A program made the position numbers and the translations under genes. From an uncultured delta proteobacterium (GTDB lineage Bacteria > Desulfobacterota > Desulfobacteria > Desulfobacterales > SG8-13): a stretch of 64,000 nucleotides of DNA. The notes below the pieces were generated by a model that worked only from the letters and a program-made list of their open reading frames with translations, had not been told where the DNA came from and made no database searches. Location of the stretch: positions 558,001 to 622,000 of the forward strand of contig CAWKCK010000003.1 in assembly GCA_963848135.1 (NCBI GenBank), in the 5' to 3' direction. Each line of letters begins with the position of its first letter. Position 1 is the stretch's first letter. Shown here piece after piece: positions 43,038-52,315 of this stretch.

Positions 43038-43169
43038 TTATTTTTTGAAAATTTGATAAGGGATATAGGGGGATTAACGCTAAATTGCTGATAGCATATT
43101 CCACGAATAGTGCAGATAAGCCATTCGGGGATCAGGCGAGTTTCGAAATAATGGACAAAGAGAAGGGAG

Positions 43170-43535
43170 TTATTCACAGTCGGGGTTGTCGCCCCGGCAG
43201 GACACCTGGTAAATTCTTTGAAGTCTTTGATGAATAAAAGCAAAATATTGGATAAAATTCGACTGCTCGAAACGGTAAATCCAGACTTCGTGCGGCTCGT
43301 TCGCCATCCGGGTTTCTCGCATCGGTTCCCCGCATCGGTCCCTGACATCCCGCATGAGATCACCGGTTCTGACGATCCTTCCGGCGCAGCGTATGTTCGT
43401 TAAATCCGATCCGCTGGGTATTTGGTCGCGGCGAAGAGTATCCGCTCCGATTAGAAATATTGATAAAATCAATATTATAAATACGATACCAAGGAGACGT
43501 TTGATAAACAGTCGGTCAGGGATTGTATCTTTCAT
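43170..43535 (-). CDS. DUF2845-like exported protein
   Basis: N-terminal TM; RCAGRIVRTGD...V..RCGEP...WIY pattern. Confidence 0.65.
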   Translation of the reverse strand: MKDTIPDRLFIKRLLGIVFIILILSIFLIGADTLRRDQIPSGSDLTNIRCAGRIVRTGDLMRDVRDRCGEPMRETRMANEPHEVWIYRFEQSNFIQYFAFIHQRLQRIYQVSCRGDNPDCE

Positions 43536-43779
43536 CGTTGCCCTCTGCAATAAATTTCCTTTAGATATTTCAATGATGAGGGAAGGCGAATAGCTTACCG
43601 AAATTGTCGGTAACAGCTTACCTCTGAAGGGTTGCAATTTATAGCAGCGCGGATCGACACTGGATAGCAAAAGGGGTATGATTTGGAAAGACGATCAGTT
43701 TTGGTTTAGTGTGGCCAGTTGGAAAAACGAATCTTCTGCTGGGGCGTTGGAGATACACTTAAGGGGAGTTGCATAGTCT

Positions 43780-43926
43780 TCAGCGTGGCGTGGAGTTGTG
43801 GAGACCTAATGATTTCTTAAACTCAAACCACAAATGCGAGAGTGAATCAAATTTTATTATCTTGATTATAGCGGCGATGGCGATTAATCCTATTCCTATA
43901 ATGAGCAGTGACAGCGGTGTCGACAT
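43780..43926 (-). CDS. Small single-TM protein, 48 aa (not in the ORF track)
   Basis: AGGGG RBS; MSTPLSLLIIGIGLIAIAAIIKIIKFDSLSHLWFEFKKSLGLHNSTPR. Confidence 0.5.
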   Translation of the reverse strand: MSTPLSLLIIGIGLIAIAAIIKIIKFDSLSHLWFEFKKSLGLHNSTPR

Positions 43927-43935
43927 TTATTTCCC

Positions 43936-44070
43936 CTATTGTAACAACCACAAAACAAAGCTATTAAACAGAAACCAAATCGGGATAGCAAAGAAAGCTG
44001 AAATCAAAAGACCCTGGATGCAACTTATGTTCGTTTCTGCAATATTCTGACGGCAGGTAAATTTATTCAT
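43936..44070 (-). CDS. Small single-TM protein, 44 aa (not in the ORF track)
   Basis: AGGA RBS; MNKFTCRQNIAETNISCIQGLLISAFFAIPIWFLFNSFVLWLLQ; its stop overlaps the next RBS. Confidence 0.45.
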   Translation of the reverse strand: MNKFTCRQNIAETNISCIQGLLISAFFAIPIWFLFNSFVLWLLQ

Positions 44071-44102
44071 TTGGCAAGTTTCCTAATTATTTATATCCGG
44101 GC

Positions 44103-44174
44103 TTAATACTTTGTTATGAAGATCGTGAATACGGCTATTATCGCCAGGATCACCATCATTATAATTTCCAGCAT
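44103..44174 (-). CDS. Small hydrophobic peptide, 23 aa (not in the ORF track)
   Basis: AGGGGA RBS; MLEIIMMVILAIIAVFTIFITKY. Confidence 0.4.
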   Translation of the reverse strand: MLEIIMMVILAIIAVFTIFITKY

Positions 44175-44313
44175 GCTCTATATCGTCCCCTAAAATCCCT
44201 GCCCCCGTATTTAGAAAATATTTCCCGAAATACCATGGCGGAATCAAATGTTGATCTGTTCACCTTATAAAATGAAGAGCAGTTACTGATCTAATGATTA
44301 TGGCGATAGAAAT

Positions 44314-44329
44314 TGCAATCAGGATGCCA
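44314..44329 (-). promoter_or_regulatory. Sigma54 -24/-12 promoter candidate
   Basis: Minus strand TGGCATCCTGATTGCA has exact GG/GC spacing and is preceded by an AT-rich tract. Confidence 0.65.
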
Positions 44330-44401
44330 AATATTTAAAATTTTTAACTATCTGTAAATATGTAACATTCGTATTAACAGACTTTATACTACAGGGATTA
44401 C

Positions 44402-44453
44402 TGTATGGATTAGCATACAAATTGGTGATTTGAAGTGTATGAAATCCTATACA
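44402..44453. promoter_or_regulatory. Two palindromic enhancer-like sites (TGT-N12-ACA)
   Basis: TGTATG-GATTAG-CATACA (44402-44419) and TGTATG-AAATCC-TATACA (44436-44453), 34 bp apart. Confidence 0.55.
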
Positions 44454-44752
44454 GAAACGATATCTGGATAGTTATGTGCAATTGAGAGCCAGCACATCAA
44501 CTTCCAGGGATTAAAAACCAAAGTGGTGACTGGCAGAGGGGTGAAGGCGAAGAGACACGAAATAGAAAAGGCCTCACCGCAATTGGATTCAGACATATCG
44601 GGTTTCACATCACCGTGCGGCGATAAAAAGAACCTGACTTCCCGACAAAACTAGCTGTCCTACAGTAGAATACCGTGTTTCAAAAATACATTCCGGAATT
44701 CGGAAGGATGGTATAGGTGGGTGTAGAAAAAAACATTCATGAAAATTGCGGG

Positions 44753-45808
44753 TTAAAACACGATGGCGTATACAAATCCAATCAGGATGAGACTGGCGAT
44801 ACGGGCACCCTGTCCTAACAAGAGAAGCTGAAGGCCTGTTTTGGGCTCGTAGATACCCATGTAGTGGGGGAGTTGGTGGCGCAGGGCACGGATCGGGAAG
44901 GCGATGATGTTGCCGATGAGAAGGGCCAGAACGGTTTGCTTGGTCGTGAGGACACCGGCTTGCATCAGGGCGCCGGCGGCGGCGAAACCGGAGGTGAACT
45001 CCGCGGCAAAACTGATGACCACCAACGATAAAGATTCCAGAGGGATGAACGCCACCGAAGTGAACCGAGCAAGCGCGGCCTGGATCGTTTCGAAGAATCC
45101 CATGGCGTTCAGCATGAAAACCGCGATGTAGATCGGGATCACATATACCGCGATGGTGGTCAGGCGACCGGGCAACCGGCGGCGGATGCCCTCCCAAATA
45201 CCGGTTGTCTTCCTGCGCGGGCCGGAAACGATATTTTCTATAGGCTTCGATTCGGTGGCGACCGGTTGTTCAAGCCGGAAATGACCGTATATCAATAATA
45301 GGATCGATCTGATGAGGGCGGCCAGGAAGGTCAGAAGGAAGTAAAGAGCCCCGGCGCGTCCGGTGAGAGGGATGACGATGAAGAAGGTGGTGGGAAGATG
45401 GAGAAAATACGCCGGAAACTGATTAAGGAGATTAGATAGAAAGAGTTGTTTGCGTGAGATAGTGCCATCTTTGTAGAATTCCATCAGCATGGCATTGGCG
45501 GCCACTCCGGAGAAAAATGCCGTCGTGAACACCGCACTGCAATGGGGGCCGAGATGGCCATAGCGAAAGGCCGGCATCGCCACCGCTGCCAGGTACCGTG
45601 TCCATCCCGTTGCCTCGATGACCTGCCCGATGACCAAGCCGATCCCGATGAAAAAAAGCAGGCGCAAGAGCGGCCAGAAAAGCCGCTTGAACAGCGAGTG
45701 GTAGTGAATGCTTTCCACCGCATAGTATCCGACGATCAGCGCGGTGGCCGAGACCAGCAGGGAGATAATGACGGCGCGAAGGCGTGGTTTACTTCTCTTG
45801 CGGGACAT
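44753..45808 (-). CDS. Membrane protein (nucleoside-recognition Gate-like) at the end of the cobalamin-regulated operon
   Basis: Multi-TM ORF overlapping the cbiL stop. Confidence 0.65.
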   Translation of the reverse strand: MSRKRSKPRLRAVIISLLVSATALIVGYYAVESIHYHSLFKRLFWPLLRLLFFIGIGLVIGQVIEATGWTRYLAAVAMPAFRYGHLGPHCSAVFTTAFFSGVAANAMLMEFYKDGTISRKQLFLSNLLNQFPAYFLHLPTTFFIVIPLTGRAGALYFLLTFLAALIRSILLLIYGHFRLEQPVATESKPIENIVSGPRRKTTGIWEGIRRRLPGRLTTIAVYVIPIYIAVFMLNAMGFFETIQAALARFTSVAFIPLESLSLVVISFAAEFTSGFAAAGALMQAGVLTTKQTVLALLIGNIIAFPIRALRHQLPHYMGIYEPKTGLQLLLLGQGARIASLILIGFVYAIVF

Positions 45809-46526
45809 CGCCTTTTTTCCGCTTGGCCAGAATCAGCGTCCAGTAATTGGGTGGGCTGCTTTTGAGTCCCCGGACGTCTGTGATGATCTCCTGTTCCGGC
45901 AGTCCACATTTCTGTATGGCTACACTGCCATCCGCCAGGTCAAATTCTTCCAAACAACTGACGATATCTTTGACGTTGCGGTAACTTTTCATGAAAACCA
46001 GGTTGTCGGGGGCCGTATTGAATTTTCTGAGGCAATCGCCGCCATGGACTCCCGACAGGATCAATAAGGACTCTTCGCTTTCAACCAGGGGTTTGTTCAG
46101 ACAGGCGGACGCTGCTTGGTAAGAGGTGATTCCCGGCACGCTGATGACCGATACGTCGGGTGCCAGCTCTTGGATGTACTGCAGGACATATCCGTATGTG
46201 GAGTAGGTCATGGAGTCGCCCAGGGTGATAAAGGCCACTACTTTGCTTCGCTTCAGCTCCTCGATCAGAATAGCGGCGTTTTTCTTCCAGGCCGATATTT
46301 TCTTTTTCTCATCGTTGGTCATGGGGAAGTGCAGCATCTTCACCGGCGTTAAATCCGGAATGTGGGGTCGTGCTATGGAGACGGCAAGGCTGTAGCTGTT
46401 TTTGGTGGATGCCGCGGCGTAGACGACATCCGCGCTGTTGAGAATCCGTGCGGCCTTCAGGGTGATCAGTTCGGGGTCTCCCGGTCCCACACCCAATCCG
46501 TATAGTATGCCAGATTTGCGTGTCAT
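45789..46526 (-). CDS. cbiL: Cobalt-precorrin-2 C20-methyltransferase (CbiL/CobI)
   Basis: GLGVGPGDPELITLKA, FPM, TLGDSMTYST, VPGITS, FMK. Confidence 0.9.
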   Translation of the reverse strand: MTRKSGILYGLGVGPGDPELITLKAARILNSADVVYAAASTKNSYSLAVSIARPHIPDLTPVKMLHFPMTNDEKKKISAWKKNAAILIEELKRSKVVAFITLGDSMTYSTYGYVLQYIQELAPDVSVISVPGITSYQAASACLNKPLVESEESLLILSGVHGGDCLRKFNTAPDNLVFMKSYRNVKDIVSCLEEFDLADGSVAIQKCGLPEQEIITDVRGLKSSPPNYWTLILAKRKKGDVPQEK

Positions 46527-46549
46527 TTTGCCCTCAAAAATGTAATGGG

Positions 46550-47539
46550 TTAAGGTTGCTTACCGTTATGGATTATCGCTTCCTTTGAGAATATCTCCGG
46601 GTAAAGCGTGTTGCCGATTTCCCGAATCCCGTCCAACAGCCGCAGGGTTGGCCGCGAAACGATCCTTTCATCGATCAGATAGACTTCGTTGTTCTGAACC
46701 GCCTTGATGGCGTTGAACCCCGGCTCGTTCTTGATCATTTCGACTGTTGGCCGGTTCATCTCCCCGAATTGCGATAGGTAGACATCGATCCGGTCTGCAT
46801 GTGACAGGATCCGCTCCTTGCCGTATGCGGCGATGTTGGTTCGCCGGACCGGTTCGGCATCGGCAGCGATATTGATACCACCGGCGGTGTGCAATACAAA
46901 GATGGCCATTGAACCGGGCGCAAAGGTTTTCATCTTGCTGTGGATGGCCTCAAAGAAGACCTTTTTTTTCGGAGCGATTTTACTCACTACGGAGTTGTAT
47001 GCGGCCACGGACTTGTCAAACTGGTTGATCATTGCCAGAGCCTGCTGCTGGTGTCCGGTAAGTACACCCAATATCTTCCAGTAGATGCGCAACTGATCCA
47101 CAGAGGATGGCTGCAGTGAGATCACCGTTATGCCGCTGGCCTCGAGGCGAGCGACCAGCTGGGGGTATCCGCGGTCGATCATGGGGCGGATCAGCACCAG
47201 GTCGGGACGGGCGGCAAGAAATTTTTCGGGATCGTCATGGTAAGAAAAAACCGGCTTCTGCAGTGCTTCCGGCGGGTAGGCCTCGTTTTTGGAGACCCCG
47301 ATCACCTGGCGACCGGTACCGAGCTTGAAGAGGTTTTCGGTGTGCGCGCCGTACAGGGAAATAATCCGCTGGAACGGCTGCGCGACAGTGACCTCGCGGC
47401 CGGCCTGGTCCTGTATCGTCTGGTTGTCGACACGGGATGGGTCGGCCTGGCAGGTGTTGCTGCTTGAAAAGAATACCGCCCCAAAAGTTAGAAAGGAGCA
47501 GAAGACGACCCTGCCAATATTTCTTGGTAATAAGTTCAC
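46550..47539 (-). CDS. ABC transporter periplasmic binding protein (BtuF/FepB type)
   Basis: DQAGREV...QRIISL...TENL, PDLVL, SRPTLR. Confidence 0.88.
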   Translation of the reverse strand: MNLLPRNIGRVVFCSFLTFGAVFFSSSNTCQADPSRVDNQTIQDQAGREVTVAQPFQRIISLYGAHTENLFKLGTGRQVIGVSKNEAYPPEALQKPVFSYHDDPEKFLAARPDLVLIRPMIDRGYPQLVARLEASGITVISLQPSSVDQLRIYWKILGVLTGHQQQALAMINQFDKSVAAYNSVVSKIAPKKKVFFEAIHSKMKTFAPGSMAIFVLHTAGGINIAADAEPVRRTNIAAYGKERILSHADRIDVYLSQFGEMNRPTVEMIKNEPGFNAIKAVQNNEVYLIDERIVSRPTLRLLDGIREIGNTLYPEIFSKEAIIHNGKQP

Positions 47540-47546
47540 TTGTCGA

Positions 47547-48368
47547 CTATACTTTGCGTTGGTCGAAGGACATGCTCGGCATTTCCGATGGTGCCTCTTT
47601 GCGAAAGACCACCTGTTTTCGATTCGAAAACGGGTCGAAGGACACTTTTGCCGTCACGTTGAATACGGTGCTGATCGTTTCCGGGTTTAAAACCGCCTCA
47701 ATATTTCCCTGTTCCACGATCCCGCCGTTTTTCATGAATATGAGATGATCGCAGTAGAGTGCCGCCAGGTTGATGTCCTGGAGCACCGCGATGACGGTCT
47801 TGCCGCGTTTGTTTACGCCCTCAGCGGCCAGGCCCAGAAGACCCAACGTGTGATTGATGTCGAGGTTGGATGAGGCTTCATCCAGGAGCAACACCGGTGT
47901 GCTCTGGGCCAGGGCTCTTGCGAAAACCACGCGTTGGCGTTCGCCGCCGCTCAACGCGGTCACAAAGCGATGTTCGAATTGCGCCACATCGGTTTTCTCC
48001 ATCACGTCCCTGACAATCCGGTGGTCTTCTTCAGACGGGGCCGCGAAGCGCGGCATGTGGGGATAGCGCCCCATCATGACGATTTCTGCCGCCGTATACG
48101 GAAAATTGATGTAAAAATTCTGTGGAACCAGCGCGGTCTGCCGTGACAGACTTTTTTTGTGGAAATGGACCAGCTCTTTTCCGTTGAGTAGAATCTGGCC
48201 CCGGGTCGGTTCCTTGTGTCGCATCAATAGGTCCAGCAGGGTGGTTTTGCCGCAGCCGTTAGGGCCAACGATGCCATAGAATTTACCCGGAGGCATGACA
48301 AGTGAAACATCGTCGAGGATCTTTTTATCTCCGTAGAAAAAAGAGACATTGCGGACGTCATAGGCCAT
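47547..48368 (-). CDS. ABC transporter ATPase (BtuD/FepC type)
   Basis: GPNGCGKTT, LSGGERQR, LLLDE. Confidence 0.92.
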   Translation of the reverse strand: MAYDVRNVSFFYGDKKILDDVSLVMPPGKFYGIVGPNGCGKTTLLDLLMRHKEPTRGQILLNGKELVHFHKKSLSRQTALVPQNFYINFPYTAAEIVMMGRYPHMPRFAAPSEEDHRIVRDVMEKTDVAQFEHRFVTALSGGERQRVVFARALAQSTPVLLLDEASSNLDINHTLGLLGLAAEGVNKRGKTVIAVLQDINLAALYCDHLIFMKNGGIVEQGNIEAVLNPETISTVFNVTAKVSFDPFSNRKQVVFRKEAPSEMPSMSFDQRKV

Positions 48369-48370
48369 GG

Positions 48371-49453
48371 TCAATCGCTTCGCATCACTTTCTGTCGTTT
48401 CCGGAATATGTAACAGAAAAAGGGGCCGCCGATGAGGGCGGTCAAAACGCCGATCGGGATTTCTGCCGGCAACACCGCCCGGGTGATCGTATCGGCGCTC
48501 AGAAGCAATATGGCGCCAACCAAAAGCGATACCGGAATCAAGCGCCGGTTGTCGGGCCCAGTGATGAATCTCACCATGTGGGGCACCAGAAGACCGACAA
48601 AACCGATGATGCCGCTGATAGACACACAGACACCCGCTACCAGTGAAGCGGTGATCAGAAGAATCAGGGGCACCCTGCGCGTATCGACCCCCAATGAGGC
48701 TGCGGTACGTGTTCCCAAGGACATAAGGTTCAAGTCTCGGGCGAAAAAGACACAAACCATAAACCCGAACACAACAAAGGCAAAGACCAGGCCGACGTCA
48801 ACCCAGGTTTTGGAGCCGAAGCTGCCCATAAGCCAGAAGATGATCACGCCCACCTGCTCATCGGCCAGGTATTTCATAAAGCTGATGCCGGCTGACAGAA
48901 TGGCGGCGACGATGATACCGGACAATATCAGGTTGTTGGAGGAAAGTCCCTCCCCGGACGCCGACAGGTAAATCACGAAAAACAGTGTCGCAACGGCACC
49001 GCAGAATGCGAACAGGGTGATCGAGTAGGTCCCCAGAAAACCAAGGTTGAGCAATATGGCCACCGATGCACCGAACGCGGCCCCGGCCGATACCCCCAGA
49101 GTGTACGGATCGGCCAATGGGTTGAGAAGAATCCCCTGAAAAACGGCGCCTGACATTGCCAGCCCGCTGCCCACAATCGTCGCCGCGAGGATACGCGGCA
49201 GGCGGACATCGAGTACCACGACGGGAAAGAGTTCATCGACACCGGCCATCATTCCTGGATCCCCGGAAAGAGCGGCCGCGATGATTTTGAGGACGTCGGA
49301 CGGTGGAATGGCAATATAGCCCATCGTTGCCGCTGTGATCACCGCAGCGAAAAGCAGACCCGCCAGAACGAGCACCTGAGTGATGAAGGCGCTCTGAAAT
49401 TTTCTCTTTGTGGTGTCCGGTGTCGACAATGAGATAATTCCCGTTTGAAACAA
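48371..49453 (-). CDS. ABC transporter permease (BtuC/FecCD type); exact start uncertain
   Basis: RLPR, NPLADPYTLGVS, GIIGFVGLLVPH, EIPIG. Confidence 0.92.
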   Translation of the reverse strand: MFQTGIISLSTPDTTKRKFQSAFITQVLVLAGLLFAAVITAATMGYIAIPPSDVLKIIAAALSGDPGMMAGVDELFPVVVLDVRLPRILAATIVGSGLAMSGAVFQGILLNPLADPYTLGVSAGAAFGASVAILLNLGFLGTYSITLFAFCGAVATLFFVIYLSASGEGLSSNNLILSGIIVAAILSAGISFMKYLADEQVGVIIFWLMGSFGSKTWVDVGLVFAFVVFGFMVCVFFARDLNLMSLGTRTAASLGVDTRRVPLILLITASLVAGVCVSISGIIGFVGLLVPHMVRFITGPDNRRLIPVSLLVGAILLLSADTITRAVLPAEIPIGVLTALIGGPFFCYIFRKRQKVMRSD

Positions 49454-49479
49454 AATCTGGGATCTAATATGGACAATCC

Positions 49480-49592
49480 GAGAATTTTAGAATTTGGTTT
49501 TAAGGAATTCTGCCTGATTTATCAGAACGAAAGGCAAAGCGATACCGCCAATCCAAACTCCAAAATACAAACTCCAAAATCCAAATTGAAAT
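49480..49592. repeat. Element with inverted heptamer arms in the riboswitch-operon leader
   Basis: GAATTTT-AGAATTTGG left arm; CCAAACT-CCAAAAT-ACAAACT-CCAAAAT-CCAAATT right arm. Confidence 0.6.
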
Positions 49593-49656
49593 ACTGGAAC
49601 CTTATTCAGGCATCGTCTATAGTCCTTTGGTGCGCCAATCTCCTGGCTTATAAATA

Positions 49657-49693
49657 AAAAAACCCTTCAAATCCCAATAGACTTGAAGGGCTG
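49657..49693 (-). terminator. Attenuator terminator of the cobalamin riboswitch
   Basis: Minus strand CCCTTCAAGTC...GATTTGAAGGG followed by TTTTTT. Confidence 0.7.
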
Positions 49694-49759
49694 CACCCAG
49701 TTTTCTTGACCCCCTGGCGCCGGTGTTCTTTTCGACCGTAATAAACCGGCAGACAATTA

Positions 49760-50029
49760 TTCAGGCAGGTCTTCTGGCTTCCCCGCCCATTCAGCAGCCT
49801 TCCCATTCCGGTAGCGGGGAACAGTGGCAAACTTAAGCTGAATGGGTTCATTCGAAAGGCGGTCTGCCGGTCAATGACCCTTTTCTGCTGCGCAATTAAC
49901 GGCGCTCGCTATGAGGCATTGATCCGGTAAACAGGTAAGTCTTTCTGCAAGGGCAGGGGTTACAGCGGCGGGACCGCTCCCGACTTTAACGGGATTCCCT
50001 ATTAAGCATATTGGCGATATGCACCTGAA
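49760..50029 (-). ncRNA. Cobalamin (B12) riboswitch
   Basis: Minus strand CAGGTGC...AATAGGGAATCCCGTTAAAGTCGGGAGCGGTCCCGCCGCTGTAA...GCCACTG...GGGAAGG...AAGCCAGAAGACCTGCCTGAA. Confidence 0.93.
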
Positions 50030-50353
50030 CTTTTTCTGATCCTTTACGAAATACCGGCGCAGGTGTCAAGCTAAACCTGCCCATAGACAGCGTGTCCGTT
50101 GAAGATGCCAGCATGAACCTCTCCCCTCCAATGGCCAACCGAGGTAATGGACATCGCCATCGGTCATCGAAGCGTCTGCAATATTTCGTGGTTGTAGGAC
50201 AAACGTTCCGTTATTCTAAACGTTTGTCCTACAACCACTGATATCACTCGTCCGTATTTCCGAATTAATTCATGAATAGCGGTATAATCGGACCCACTGT
50301 TTTCGCAAGCAGGGGGGAAGATGATGATTGTATCAACCCGAAGGCACTCTAAT

Positions 50354-51079
50354 TTATTTGTGATTGTGGGGGTGTGTGCCGTATTCGTGTGCATGCACGT
50401 GTTCGTGGAGGTGGGCGTCGGTGTCCACCTGAATCCGGCCTTCTCGGAGAGTGTAGATCGTATCGGTGATTTCAGAAAGAAAATCGAACTCATGGGAAAC
50501 GATGACATAACTGATGTCGAGGTTCTTCAAGATGTCTATCAGCCTGATCTTGGTCGCTTCGTCTAGACCGGCGCTCGGTTCGTCCAAAAGCATGGCCTGG
50601 GGCTCCATGGCCAGTACCGTCGCCATCGACACCAGACGTTTCTCTCCGCCGGAGAGCCGGATCGTGATTCGGTCTTCAAATCCCTCGAGCCCCAGAAACG
50701 AGAGGGTTTTACGGGATATTGCGATGGCCTCTTCTTTGCTTTTTCCAATATTGAGTGGCCCGAAGGCGACGTCCTCCAACACCGTCGGGCTGAAGAGCTG
50801 GTCGTCGGAATCTTGAAAAAGGAGCCCGATCTGGCGCCTCACGGCGACAAAGTCCTTTTCCTCAACCACCCGCTGTCCGAAAATTTCGATGTGCCCCGCC
50901 GTTGGCTTGAGTAGCCCCATGATAATGTGAAAAAGTGTGGTCTTGCCGCTGCCATTGGGCGCAATGAGACCGATGCGATCCCTCTCGAAAAGGGAAAAGT
51001 CGAGATCCTGCAGCACGGTCGGCGCACCCGGGTATGAAAAAGAGATGCCGTCAAGCTTTATGATCGGAGTTTTATTCAA
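50354..51079 (-). CDS. cbiO: ECF Ni/Co transporter ATPase (NikO/CbiO) with His-rich tail
   Basis: APNGSGKTT, FQDSDDQLFSPTV, LSGGEKR, DEP; tail HLHEHVHAHEYGTHPHNH. Confidence 0.88.
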   Translation of the reverse strand: MNKTPIIKLDGISFSYPGAPTVLQDLDFSLFERDRIGLIAPNGSGKTTLFHIIMGLLKPTAGHIEIFGQRVVEEKDFVAVRRQIGLLFQDSDDQLFSPTVLEDVAFGPLNIGKSKEEAIAISRKTLSFLGLEGFEDRITIRLSGGEKRLVSMATVLAMEPQAMLLDEPSAGLDEATKIRLIDILKNLDISYVIVSHEFDFLSEITDTIYTLREGRIQVDTDAHLHEHVHAHEYGTHPHNHK

Positions 51080-51147
51080 TTGATGTATGACCTTAAATGA
51101 AGTGTCGAGCCTAATCAGATTGATTGGTCCTAAAATTACTCAAAACT

Positions 51148-51360
51148 GGAAAGGAGGGGTGATCAGCAGCGCAAGCGGGCACTGTATGAGCGCATTAGGC
51201 AGCGTTATAAAAGAACAGCGTCAAAGCCAGGAATTATGTGACTGGAACAATAGCTGTTGATACCCTAACAGATTATTACAATAATGGAATTCTGTTTTTT
51301 CTTTAGGCTGCTATATGCGCGAGTTTGCACGCTGAAGTCGCTGATCACCCCTTCCTTTCC
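51148..51360. repeat. Palindromic element family A
   Basis: GGAAAGGAGGGGTGATCAGC...GCTGATCACCCCTTCCTTTCC with conserved inner arms. Confidence 0.85.
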
Positions 51361-51426
51361 GGGGGCTACGGAAAAGCCCTGATTGTTCAACTATGTATAT
51401 CTGAGGTCAATTAAAAAGCAAATCTT

Positions 51427-52185
51427 TCAAAGGCTTCTGCCCCACTCCAGCAGTGCCAGCCCGAGGACCGCACCCGCCATAACGCCTGCAAAAATCCAGT
51501 TGGCGCGGCGGGGCGGAAAGTCGGCCAGGCAATACAGGCGACCGTTAAAACCGCGGCAGCGCATGGCGCGATAGACACGGTCGGCGCGGGATGCGGCGCG
51601 CACAAAGAGCATGGCTACGAAGTAGGCAAACGTCTTATATGTGTGCAGGTTTGCGCGCGGACGAAAACCGCGGATTTTTGCCGCCCGGAGCATGCGCTGG
51701 TATTCCTGCTCGATGACGAATATATACCGATAGGTCATCAGCAAAAGGTGGACGAATTTTCCCGAGAGGTGCAATCGGTCGAGCGCATGACCAAAAGTTG
51801 TGAAGTTCATGGTCGTGATAAGAGCGATGAACGCCAGCAGAATGGCCACCGACTTGAGGGAGATCTGAGCGGCCAGAATCACCCCGGGTCTGGAAACGGT
51901 CAGCGGACCGATACGCGTGAGGGCGTTCCCTTCGAAGGTTAACGGTAAAAGGATCCACAGCAAAACGAGAAAGACGATGACCACCAATAGCCGCCGGGCA
52001 ACGGCTTTTAGATTCAGATGTGCCGCCAATGTCAAACTGACAGCCGCAAAAAGTGCGGCGAGAAGGGTGGGAAACCGATACGATACGGCCACAATAGACG
52101 AAAACACGACCGCAGCGACCACCTTGAAACGCGGATCGATTTGGTGAATGACCGAATCGCCAATCGCGAAGGTTTCGTTGAACAT
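51427..52185 (-). CDS. cbiQ: ECF Ni/Co transporter T component (NikQ/CbiQ)
   Basis: IHQIDPRFK, YRYI, RGF...AMRCRGFNG. Confidence 0.88.
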   Translation of the reverse strand: MFNETFAIGDSVIHQIDPRFKVVAAVVFSSIVAVSYRFPTLLAALFAAVSLTLAAHLNLKAVARRLLVVIVFLVLLWILLPLTFEGNALTRIGPLTVSRPGVILAAQISLKSVAILLAFIALITTMNFTTFGHALDRLHLSGKFVHLLLMTYRYIFVIEQEYQRMLRAAKIRGFRPRANLHTYKTFAYFVAMLFVRAASRADRVYRAMRCRGFNGRLYCLADFPPRRANWIFAGVMAGAVLGLALLEWGRSL

Positions 52186-52315
52186 CGGGCACCGAATCAA
52201 CAACCTGCTCAATTATATGGCAGACTGAATTTATGGACCGCAAGGTTTCAATGAAAACGGGCACCCATTGCCCGGTTTTTTAAGTAGGGCACGCACCGGC
52301 TGAAAGGTCTATCAT

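Noticed and set aside
30549..44700. Integrative island or prophage at tRNA-Val
   Set aside because: The gene content looks accessory, but I saw no integrase, no duplicated tRNA 3' end and no phage genes.
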